Origin: Octopus bimaculoides
Taxonomy: Eukaryota
Direction of reading: 5' to 3'
NCBI RefSeq assembly: GCF_001194135.2
Contig: NC_068992.1
Location: 53,977,723 to 54,041,722, forward strand
DNA length: 64,000 bases
Shown: piece after piece, positions 42,267-53,448 of the stretch
Numbering within the stretch: position 1 is the stretch's first letter
Layout: each line of letters opens with the position of its first letter
Notes under the pieces: model-generated
What the model saw: only the letters and a program-made list of their open reading frames with translations
The model's database searches: none
Told to the model about the DNA's origin: nothing
Translations under genes and position numbers: made by a program

Positions 42267-42460
42267 GTAAGGGTACATAAACGCACAGAAATATATTGTA
42301 TAAAAATATAAAGGATATACAGATATATCCCCTCCCACAATAAACAGTTGCAAATTCACAAAATCAAACTAGAAAATATATGATCAGTTTGACAAATGAA
42401 ATTCACATTTTACTCACATTCAGCTCTGTGAAATCAGAATTGGATATGTTCTCTTAAATT

Positions 42461-43022
42461 TGTTCGATCCTGGGTGATCACATTCGTGAACACCTCATGC
42501 ATGGCAGAAATAATGTTAGTTGCATTCTGAAACATGTAGTTAACATCTCTGGACCGCCACACATTTCATCTATCAATCGTTCGAGTTTCTAACACCACAT
42601 TTCAAAGGAGGCCCACCAACTTCGTGATCAGGGACTCATTTTCTAACTAGAAACCTCGACTCCTACGAGTTTAGAAATTATCCCGTAACTTCTTTAATTG
42701 TGCCACACACCCTCCATATATCTGGAGTACTGTACATTTCATTTCTCTGTAGCTTCAAGTTTGTGTACCCGTCGCTGGTTAGCTAACATATGATATCCTC
42801 CTGGTTAATGCACTTGCCTCTTACTAAATTCCAATATAACCAAATGTCACTCGCCCCCACACTCACGCCTTACTGCCAACATTTATCGTGCCCTGCAATT
42901 AATTACTTATCTACTTTCACTTTCTAATATCTAACTTATTTATTTCTGCGCCCTTTTGTCACTTCAACCAACCATTCTCCAGAGTAATCTCTCCAAAGAC
43001 CGTAGAGTGAAACGTTAGAGGT
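42461..43022 (+). mobile_element. Decayed Penelope-like element 3' end (GIY-YIG endonuclease C-terminus plus hammerhead-like relic)
   Basis: One frame from 42461 reads CSILGDHIREHLMHGRNN...HHISKEAHQLRDQGLIF*LETSTPTSL, resembling the PLE motifs LGDRFxEHL and RExxLIFxLGTLxPxGLN. Downstream, GACCGTAGAGTGAAACGTTAGAG (42998-43020) resembles the 3' half of a hammerhead. Confidence 0.6.
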
Positions 43023-43096
43023 TATTCCACTAAACTTATTGACATCTACGACATATTGATATATCTGGAATATGTTTGTCTATCTATTTATCTATA

Positions 43097-43151
<55 letters not shown>

Positions 43152-44069
43152 TTATCTATCCCAGATTCGGAACAAATTATTCTATACAATTATTCTATAA
43201 AAATTATTCTATAAAATTCTATACAATAAACGCCTTCAATAAAATTTGGTCACGCATTAAAAATTATGGAAATTAAATGAATTCTGTTTAATAATACACA
43301 CGTGATTCTTGCCTGCTCATTTAGGTGCATATAGATAAAAAAACATTTACTCCGTAGTTTATGCTTCCTTTCGCAAAGATGTTCCTTTTGCAAGGGTGTT
43401 TCAGAGCAATGATGCGTATACATTTTTAAATAGAATTATCACTTTCATGCTTTATATACTGTTGTATACATCTTGAAAAGTAGACAAGCGATACTGCAAA
43501 TCTTTTAATGACAACAGACATTTTGTTTCTGAAGTCTATGAAGTTTGTATTTTAGTATTGTTACTTTTTACAGTTTATAGATCATACGCTGTGATACGGG
43601 AAGACTAAAATAGGATCGACGGCCAATACAGGTGTTGATAATGATAGATCCAGATTTAAAGATAGAAAATATTTAAATATCAATCGGCCCATGATCGACC
43701 CTCTGTCATCAAAGCATTTAAACAGAATCCCCGCAACTCTTCAATACTAACTCACTTACCAGAAAAATATCAAGAGCAATGCATAATTGATATCTCTACA
43801 TTGAATAAAATATATCTTGGTTCTTTGATTAAAATTATATGAATCATTTTATTATCCATGTTTTATCAAAGCTGGAACGACTAAAAGTCTTTTAAAGGTA
43901 AAATTACATCGAGATATTGCTCTGATAACTCAGTTAAACGAATTTATTTCTTCTAGCGCTTTCTCTATAAAGTTCTCAAAAGTTAAAAGTTCTATTCGTT
44001 CAGAAGATTAAACTCTTTCTAAATATTATATGACTATCATAACTAAGTGGCAATGATTGTCAATTTTCT

Positions 44070-44093
44070 ATGTGTGCGTGTGTGTGTGTGTGT

Positions 44094-44168
<75 letters not shown>
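44070..44168. repeat. (GT)n microsatellite
   Basis: Direct inspection. Confidence 0.95.
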
Positions 44169-44169
<1 letters not shown>

Positions 44170-44170
44170 C

Positions 44171-44538
44171 AGGCGTGGCAGTGTGGTAAAAAGCTTGCTT
44201 CCTAACCACATGGTCCTGGGTTCAGTCCCACTGCAGGGCTTAGGCAGTCGGAAACTGAAAGAAGCTTGTCATATATGTTTATGTGTACATGCATATATGT
44301 CTATGTGTGTGTGTGCCTTTGTGTCTTTGTATTTATGTTTGTCCCCCATCACCGCTTGACAACCGGTAATGGTGTGTTTACGTCTCTGTGACCTAGCGGT
44401 TCGGCAAAACAAAAACAGACCGATAGAATAAGTAGAAGGCTTAAGAAATAAGTCCTAGTGCTAGTGTGTTCGTCTAAAGCCGTTGAAGACTGTGCTCTTG
44501 CATGGTCCAGTAAATTGACTGAAACAAGTAAACGAAAT
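44171..44538 (+). mobile_element. SINE family A with internal deletion (a second head-only copy follows at about 44549-44590)
   Basis: AGGCGTGGCAGTGTGGTAAAAAGCTTGC...GGGTTCAGTCCCACTGC head; GCGGTTCGGCAAAA...GACCGATAGAATAAGTA...TGACTGAAACAAGTAA tail. Confidence 0.85.
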
Positions 44539-44676
44539 TTATATATATAGGCGCAGGAGTGGATGTGTGGTACGAAACGTGCTTCCGTTTTACCGTGATT
44601 CGTTTGTTTCGTTGGATTTGTGTGAGATAGACGTGTCTTTTTTTTTTTTATTTTTGGCTGTGCGACATTTTTTCTA

Positions 44677-45410
44677 ATGGAGGGGCGTCAAGTGAGGAGT
44701 TGCGAAAGTTTAAGTTGTTCCGTGTCAAGCATGGAAAGCTGCCCTCCTTCAGAGAATGTGCCGTCTGAGGAGGAAAAGGTAGAGGGTCTGAAGAAAATAG
44801 ACAAGGCTATGCACAAAATAGAAGTTATGCTGCAGCGACGGAAGAACAATAGGAAGACATAAGGCTGGAAGATGCAAACAAGTATAATGGAATGCTGAAA
44901 ATGGAGGGGAACGTATTGAAGGTCTTCCGCACCGAAGAAGTCTTAAAGAAAACAGCGGAAAGAACGGTAGTTTGTAGGACGTGCTCGGTGGCAGCTGGAA
45001 AAATTGAGAACATGACTACGGTACAGATAGAAAAGGCGATTTCGTCCCTTGCCAGAGGTAAGCTACTGCCAGGCTGCACTCGGCAATACCGCTGAAGACG
45101 AATAAGGCAGTTCTTCTACCAGTATAGCTTGGGAGATGTGCTTCTAGGGTTAGGGTAGAAGAAATTACTCTAGAGTTGGATGTAGCCTGGTTGGTGGCTG
45201 CTATACTACTTGGAATGGAGGAGAAGGTGGTGGTCCAAGAGGCCACCAGAACACCTCATAGGAACTGGAAGGGACAAAGCCCTTGACATGGTGGTGCTAA
45301 TCGCGGAGGAGGATATCGAAAAAAATGGTCGAAAGTCTCACAGTGGGAGAGACGATTTTAAAGGTCAGAGTGGAAGGGAGGATTCCGCGGTGTTATAAAT
45401 GTGGCCTGAT
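44677..45410 (+). mobile_element. Degenerate gag/ORF1-like zinc-knuckle retroelement fragment
   Basis: Higher-GC, purine-rich island. Frameshifted reading gives ...NKAVLLPV*LGRCASRVRVEEITLELDVAWLVAAILLGMEEKVVVQEATRTPHRNWKGQ/LDMVVLIAEEDIEK/MVESLTVGETILKVRVEGRIPRCYKCGL, ending in a truncated C-x2-C knuckle preceded by V-x-VEGR, as in non-LTR ORF1-type proteins. Confidence 0.55.
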
Positions 45411-46420
45411 CCGATTGCATAACTAAGCAGTTCGGCAAAAGATCCGATTGCATAACTACTAGACTTACAAAGAATAAGTCTTGAGGTCTATTTGTTCGAC
45501 TAAAGGGTGCAGTGAAAATATTGCCGTCTAAATTACGTAAAATTGAAAATAACACTGACATGTATGTATGTATGTATGTATGTATATAACGATATGTAAA
45601 TGTAAGATCCAAGGATCCAGGTGTTGGAAGTTAGTAAGCTTCGAGCAGCCTGTAGAAGGTATTAAAATAAACAACTTTCAGGAGAAATAGTAGTTTACAG
45701 GGCGTAGACGGTTGTAAAATTTTCCCATATCGAAGTTCGATAAGCTGAAAGAAGTTATTTTATAATTCACAATAAGCAACTTGATGGGATGGGATAGAGC
45801 AGGTAAAATCCAGGTTACATATGTTTCCTAGCTAGCAGAACTTCCGTACTTTTGCTACTCTTTGTATTTATAACAGACAACTGTTTTATCTATCTTAATA
45901 TTTTTTTCTTAACCTCCTGTCCTCCCGACATCTTTCTCTATGCACATGAGAATATGCAGACACGTACGCGCACGGGCACACCTACAGGATATTCAATATA
46001 TCACGTGTTTTCCTCCACTTTCATGGAACAACTGAAAATATCATTGGTCAAAAGCAATAATATTTACAATACTACAATATCCGTTCAAGTTGCAAATATT
46101 AAACGAGTCCACTACTTTATTACATGACAACCTAAGCTTCAGAAAACTAATTTTAGTTATCTTCTGCGGATTTCCAACTCTACCTTCCTTTATAACAAAC
46201 CGTTTCCTGACAACGTTCTCTTCCAGTGATAGCAATTGATAAAACACAGTAAACATTGCATCCGAGCAATCCATCTCCCTGTCTGTCATTCTATTGTACA
46301 CAATGACACGTTTCCATGAAATAGACTAACTCCACTGAGTAAACGCTGAGTCTATTCTGTGCTCATATATATTTATTTAGAAACGAATTGACTGAAAACA
46401 AATACAGTGAGTTTTATATT

Positions 46421-46462
<42 letters not shown>

Positions 46463-46681
46463 NNNNNNNNNNNNNNNNNNNNNNNNNNNNNNNNNNNNNN
46501 NNNNNNNNNNNNNNNNNNNNNNNNNNNNNNNNNNNNNNNNNNNNNNNNNNNNNNNNNNNNNNNNNNNNNNNNNNNNNNNNNNNNNNNNNNNNNNNNATAT
46601 GTATATGTGTATATATACATGTATATATATATATTTGCATACACATATGTATATGTGTATATATACATGTATACATATATT

Positions 46682-46718
<37 letters not shown>

Positions 46719-46955
46719 ATGTATATATAATGTGTGTGTGTGAGTTTACAAAAATGTACACTAAAAACATGTATATATATAATTTCACACACACACACAA
46801 GAATATAGAGCAAAATAGATCGATATATACATACATACATATATACATACATACATACAAAAGAAAGTATTTGGAACGGGAAGGGAGGAAGAGACAGATA
46901 AAATCATCAAGAGACAAAGACATAGAGACAGAGACAGCTGGAGANNNNNNNNNNN

Positions 46956-47009
<54 letters not shown>

Positions 47010-47534
47010 TCTAACAAACAGGCTTAAAGACTGAAAAAAAATCCACTTTAGAAATGATTTATTGAAATTCAATTTCTCTTCTCAAATATATATAGCACTA
47101 AAGATTTTTATTATCACCAACCTGACCGCCATAAACACCACCTATCTATCTAACTACATATCGTTCCAAAGACGTATACACTCTACTCTTTCTTTTTCTC
47201 TATTCACTTTTAGAACCCCTATATATTTTTCTCCGTCCTCCCTCTTTCATTGAGACGAGCTTAGACTAATACACGTATGAACAGACCACACATAAAGACA
47301 TGTAGATAGGTGTATATACATTAAATTGTATATATTTTATTGTTCTATAGTTTGTTTTACTGCCATTGGGGTTACACACCACCTGCAGACCCTGATAGAG
47401 CAACGCTTATACATACACACACTCATATGCATGTGTGTGTGAGTAAGTATATATATATACCCGTATGTCTAAGTATTTATATATTTATATACATATATAT
47501 AGACGCATACATGTGTTTATATATACAGTTTGAT

Positions 47535-48168
47535 ATTGGTTTCGAATTTTGGCACAATACCAGAAATTTCGCGGGGACGAGGTAAGTGATCAACTGGTAC
47601 TTAATTTATCGACCCAAAAAGGATAAAAGGCAAAGTTGACATCGGTGGAATTTGAACTCAGAACGTAAAGACAGACGAAATTCCGAGCATTTTCCGCTGC
47701 CTGCTAACGATTCTGCCAATACGCCAGCTTATATATCCTCTTTAATATTACAATATAAGTAAGGAAGAAAGCAAGCAGAGTCCTTAGAATGCTAGGGAAA
47801 ATTTCAAGCAGCATTTCGACCATCTTTACTGTCAGAGTTCAAATGCTGCCGGTGTCAACTTTGCCTTTCATTTTTTCGAGAACGATAAAATAAGAACCAG
47901 CTGAGCGCTAGGGTCGATGGGATTGACTGCTCCCCTTCCCTGAATTTGCTGACCTTATGCTAAAATTTGAAATCAAGGAAGGTGGTGAGCTGACAGAATT
48001 ATTAGCACACCAGACAAAATGCTTAGCGATATTTTGTCCGTCTTTACGTTCTGGGTTCAAATCCGCCGATGTCGATCTTGCCTTTCATCCATTGGGCTCG
48101 ATGTAATCGGCATACCCCATCCCCATTCCCTGACATTGCTGGCCTTGTGTCACAATATGAAACCATTA
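47535..48168. mobile_element. Three family-B SINEs: minus (47535-47728), plus (47765-47978), plus (47980-48168)
   Basis: Family-B motifs in both orientations; the first two are head to head about 40 bp apart. Confidence 0.85.
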
Positions 48169-48861
48169 ATAGGCATAAGTCACAATATAGTTACATATAT
48201 AAGTAATTTTGCACTATTAAAATACCATTATTTCTAAGCAGCGAAAAAAATTACTTCAAGAGGAATTTCATTTGAATTCACAATCCAACGCCAAACTGGC
48301 AAGGTTTCTTTAATCAAAATTAGAATAGACATTCTGAGGAAATTTGTTTTTAATGTTTAGTATCTTTTTCTAAAGGATTGATTCTGCAACAAACTGGAAA
48401 ATTACTTGAAATTTGTAGTCGAGGTTGTATACTGAAATCTGCTGGAAATCTCTGTTTTTCTTGGCAAGGCAGTAAATTCGACGCTGTAGTATTAATGAAG
48501 TGTATAATATTTCAGCTTGGCGTTATGTGCCGGTACCATCAATTTCTAAGCAACTCTGCGACAGTATAGTCTTCGTGTTTATGTAGATTTTTATCTTGCA
48601 ACCGCTTAACGCTAAGCATCGGCGTCAAGAATTCAAGCTCTTACTTACATTTGATTTGTGTATGTTACTATAAAACGATCCAAGACAATACGAATCCCGG
48701 TTCCTGAAATATTACGAAGGCTGTAGTTTCAGTTGTTTCGAAAACATACTGCCATACTGGCAAATACCTAATAAACATACTGGTGATTATTTACATTATT
48801 TACAATTGACGGATATTTGTCCTCACCTTGTTCGTTCTTAACTTCTACGTCATATGCTCAC

Positions 48862-48936
48862 GGGCATATGGCGTAGTGGTTAAGAGCGCGGGCTACTAAC
48901 CCCAAGATTCCGAGTTCGATTCCAGGCAGTGAACTG
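48862..48936 (+). pseudogene. tRNA-derived SINE head (not a functional tRNA)
   Basis: GGGCATATGGCGTAGTGGTTAAGAGCGCGGGCTACTAACCCCAAGATTCCGAGTTCGATTCC: intact A and B boxes, D-stem GCGT/GCGC, anticodon-like loop CT-ACT-AA. The acceptor stem does not pair and the anticodon and T stems are defective. Confidence 0.8.
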
Positions 48937-49044
48937 AATAATAATAATAAAAATAATAATAACAACAACAATAATAATAATAATAATAGCAACAACATCG
49001 AAAAATACCTTAGGAATGAGAACCCAGGTTCAAAATTTCCCCAA

Positions 49045-49090
49045 GACACCTGATGAAGGCTGGAAGGTATATCAGCCGAAACGTTGTGTT
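49045..49090 (+). ncRNA. Minimal type I hammerhead ribozyme (dimer-type, as in Penelope-like elements)
   Basis: Stem I GACAC/GTGTT; core CTGATGA plus an extra A; stem II GGCTG-(10-nt loop)-CAGCC; GAAAC-GTT. Stem III has no loop but contains the palindrome AACGTT (49080-49085). Predicted cleavage after T49085. Confidence 0.72.
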
Positions 49091-50115
49091 AACAACAAAC
49101 AAGATGAGGACAAATATCCATTAATTGTAAATAATGTAAATAATGTACATAATCCCTCATCTCTTAAATATACAACTGTATACTGGTGATTAACTGGATT
49201 AGAGAGCCTAGTACATATTGGCAAATAAAATACAGATACAAGGAAGTAATCTAATGGCGATCGGGGTGTCCGTCACTAGATAATACGTAGAGAAATGTAT
49301 AAAAGAACATACGTTCGTATACAAGGGGGAGATTTATATTTCTGAAGGACAACTTATGTATGAAACATCAAGATTCTTGTCTCATCCAAACAGAAATTAA
49401 AACAAATCTCCGAACCTCTAACATAATACTCTGTGTAGTAAAATGAAATGTACTTCAGAGAAAATAACAGCTGAAAGGTATTGTTGCTGAAGCTATTTCT
49501 GTCATGGCTTAGTAACATTGTAGAAGTAAGTCTCAAGCCATATTGTAGACCGACAGAAATATAAATTAACTACATGATGGAAATATGGGTGAGATATTGC
49601 GTCACAGATTGAGTTCTTGATAATACATGCAAGAATGTGTTTCACTAATATTTTTGTTGTCTTTAATCTCATTTACATATATCTGAATTTTTTTTCAGTA
49701 TGACTCAAGCAAGAACGTTCAGTGTACTATGTTTCGATCCCACTTCATCAGTTCTCGCGACGGTTTAAATATTGGCAAACTGGTTAAAACCATTTTTTGG
49801 TCGCTAATAATTTGCATAACATTTTTTAACGAGCTATTTGATATGCTAAGAGTCATATAGAAAGAAATTTCTAAATGAAGTTACAGTCACCTCTTATATA
49901 AGGAAAGGTAATCAAAATCGTGGTAACTCACAAACGAAAGGGGAGATACTTCAATAAATTAAGAATTTCCAATATAATTTTCCTGCTTTTAATGGAGAAC
50001 TGATATTTGTTAGCGTAGACTATTAGAGACACACATGTTTCGGTATAGAGGACATCGTCAGAGAAGCATAATCCACGAGAACTCACTGATACAATAGTTA
50101 GAAATATAACTATAT

Positions 50116-50146
<31 letters not shown>

Positions 50147-50588
50147 TCATATAAAGGGCTTCCTATGCTTTTTGTCCAGCGGTATTCGCATGATATTAAG
50201 TAAGCTTGAAGTAATATAGAATTACGCCCTCTGGTGTCTTTGCTATGCTTAGCTTCATCTTTTATGTACACGCAATGCATTTTATGTCATCATACATTCA
50301 TCTCAACTGCCATATTTTCACCACCGATCACTTGCATGCATTTGTTCTGAAAACCCTGATAAATGCAGATCTAAAAATACTCTGTCAGTAAATTTTCTTC
50401 TTTGCGTGAGCATAGAAACATTGAAATTAATAGTTACGGTGAATGAATAATCTCAGCTTATTATATTTATGTGTGCGTGCGTGTGTATATATGTATGTAT
50501 GAAAGTAATACATGGATGTATGTATATATATATATATATGTGTGTGTGTGTATACATATTACATATATATATATATATGCATATACAT

Positions 50589-50636
<48 letters not shown>

Positions 50637-53314
50637 TATGTATGTATGTATAAATAAATATCGAAACTACATGTTCATATATAATAGTATGAACATATAT
50701 AAATATATATATGCTTACATACGTATACTATATTGCTTTATGTATATATAAGTATGAATGTAGTTGTACATACATATTTACATTCATCTATGTGAAAGCA
50801 TCGGTAATTGAAACAAACGAAACTCTCGGCCCTTGAGCCACTTGAGTAACCTCATTTGCAACCAGATAAAATGTATGTGTGTGTATGTGTGTCTATGTAT
50901 GTGTATGCGTATGTGTGTCTGTACTTTTTAGCTGGTTGTGAAGTTACTTATAGTCAGACACATGCAAGCGCACACGTTCAATCTGCCACATTTTTATAGA
51001 AAGCCAAAAAAAAAAAAACGAATCCATTTATTCCCAGAATCAATCCTATGAATGAAAACTGTGCAAAGTCATTGTAATCTATGGTCGTACCACTCCAGTA
51101 TTATAATAAAAAGTTTATGGTTGCCATGGATCTCATCACAACCCCACCTTAATCACAACCCCACCTTAATCACCTTACTACACCTTATTACAGATTCTAT
51201 TTTTTACTTTGCTTTCTTTTGATTGTGTTTGTTTCTTTCCTTTTGGTTTATCTCTGTGGAAACTTTCAAGGAAATTAGATTTGATTTATCATTTTCTCTG
51301 GATTCTTTGTTCCTTTGTTTCTTTTGCCTGAACTCTTTTGCCTGAACTCAACAAAATCTCAGTTTGATCAAACACTAGAACATATGACCCTCTACTAAAT
51401 TTATAAATTGCAAATATTACGAATACGAGTTCAATCTATAGTTGTAGTTTTGTAGTTGTTACATACACTTTTCTTTAACTGTTTTTCTTTAATTCATTCT
51501 TCGTTTTATTCTTTTTCAAACATTATTTCTATAAAAGTGCAGCTGTTTTTGTTACAAAGACGCTACACTTGTCTTGAGGTTTGTCTTCAATTATTCAGTG
51601 CATTTGATCTAACTGTATTGATTAGATACTGTAATAAATACACATAGATACACTGAAAGTTAAACATGAATATAGAGGTTCAAAACTGGCGAACTGATAC
51701 ACGAAGGTTCGCATCTCTCCCATGTATTGGGCAGTGTCTATAGTCAAAAACTGAAATCTCTGATTCACTCCAGCCAGCTGTAAAAATGTATCCTTTTTGA
51801 GCCGAGAACGGTCTCTGTATGGAGTTGTTTTTCTAGAAATGATATTTTACCACATTAAAAAAAAATAATGGATGCATCGGATAATGTAGTACTCGATACG
51901 CTATGTCCAATAAACAAAAGGACGGATGGTCACGAGATAAAAAGGGAAGTAATTTGAGCTGGTATCATTTATGGTGCTTTATTAGTGAGATAAACAATAG
52001 CAAAAATACATGCTAGCAACGTATGTACACCATTATCATCTGACCAGCTAGAGAAAGCAGCTGCATCTCCTTCCAAAAGTGAATTATGGGAGGTAATGGG
52101 TTAAGGTTTATAACAATGTTCTTCATTCCTAAGATTTAGTAACGACTCTTTATTTATCAGATGTAAGCACACTGCACCAGATTTCTTATAGAAGCTCTAC
52201 CTTAGTTTCGTCGACCTCTGATATTTATCATAGCAGCGAGTTATTACATGAATACAAAATTTCAGCACTAAATAAATTACCTGTTATTTCTATAGATATC
52301 GGTTTAACATATTCACTAATCAGAAAAATATATATAACTGAATTGAATTACTTTGACATATAAAGATACAGTTACGAGCATGTCATCATTTCCCCGGACT
52401 TCAAACAAACCTAACTTGAAAAGCTAAGATGTGTCAAAGGAGTTTGTTTTCATCATTTGACACATTACTGAATATCATATTGAGTACTAACTACATTATC
52501 TTACGTATAAAGAAACAAAAATTGCATCTAAATTTCTCTTATTAACCTGCATTCAGTGATTTACAGTTCAAAACCTAAGTACATTCTGTTATCTAACTTA
52601 TTATCATCTACTATCGTATATCACATACCAAACACTTAATAATATTTGCGTTTGCCGTAGCTCTGGAATTTGCGTTGGGTTTATTTCACCAACAATGTCA
52701 AAAGAACCAAGAAAAACACTGAGATAAACATTTGCTAATTTAAGTGTATTTCAAGAGCGGTGGAATTGAAGATTTTGGAAAGCCTTACTGTATATGTTCA
52801 TGTATCTTATATAGCTATACATTCTAAGTTCAAATCTTGCTGAAGTCGAGCCTGCATTACCAGTTCAGTATTACAGACGAACTAATTGGCTCTAAGCTTG
52901 CTTCCAGATTTTAAGACTCTTGCTTATGTTAGAACTAGTTTAGTTATTTCATGGTTTATACGTAAGACAAAGAACAATATCTATTACATTGACGTCTAAC
53001 ATCCTTATCCATTGGTGAAAAGCACAGTCGCTTGAATTAAAACCCCGTTCGCCACTCAGTTTATTTTATCGGTCCCAGAATAAAGGAAGGTAAAGATAAC
53101 ATCGAAATTATTGATTTCAGCATGTATCTAATTATTCGAAGACATATAGTTCCATAATAGAAGGATTTTGCCTCTCCAATACTCTTCTTAATTATGTCAG
53201 TAATGGGGTTTGTTTTCATTTTAAATTATGACAGTGCATTGATGTTTTACACGTAAACAACCATATTGATTATATATTTAATCTTTGTAATTGCTAATTT
53301 TTTTTTTCTTGCAG

Positions 53315-53448
53315 TGCTAGGTTCACTTTACGCAATGACCTCAACACCACCTATGCCAAGTTTCCTCCCGACGCCTACAAACGTAACCTTCCTTCGTGGG
53401 GAGCTGGCTACGTTGAGATGTGCTGTAATAAATCTGGGAACGAAATTT
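53315..53448 (+). CDS. Internal coding exon of an immunoglobulin-superfamily cell-surface protein (Dpr/zig-8/lachesin-like), N-terminal half of first Ig domain
   Basis: Branch-point-like CTAAT (53294-53298), T-tract and GCAG acceptor; GTGAGT donor at 53449. 134 nt = 2 nt + 44 codons (phase 1 to phase 0). Reads xLGSLYAMTSTPPMPSFLPTPTNVTFLRGELATLRCAVINLGTKF, matching the P-x-F...NVT...G-x-x-A-x-L-x-C-x-V-x-NLG-x-K pattern of Dpr-type Ig1 exons, which are typically followed by a V-x-W exon. Family call is from motif recognition. Confidence 0.85.

Larger units (their letters stand above)
48789..49179 (+). mobile_element. Non-autonomous retroelement: inverted repeat + tRNA-like head + (AAT/AAC)n linker + hammerhead ribozyme + tail; Penelope-like partner suspected
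   Basis: 12-bp direct repeat ATACTGGTGATT at 48777-48788 and 49180-49191. 54-bp inverted repeats 48789-48842 / 49088-49141 (49/54 identical). A box TGGCGTAGTGG 48869-48879, B box GTTCGATTCC 48914-48923. Hammerhead core at 49050-49085. Confidence 0.85.

Noticed and set aside
48862-48936. Functional tRNA gene (ACT anticodon)
   Set aside because: The acceptor stem is unpaired and the anticodon and T stems are defective; it sits inside a TSD-flanked element. The same applies to the other tRNA-like heads in the window.
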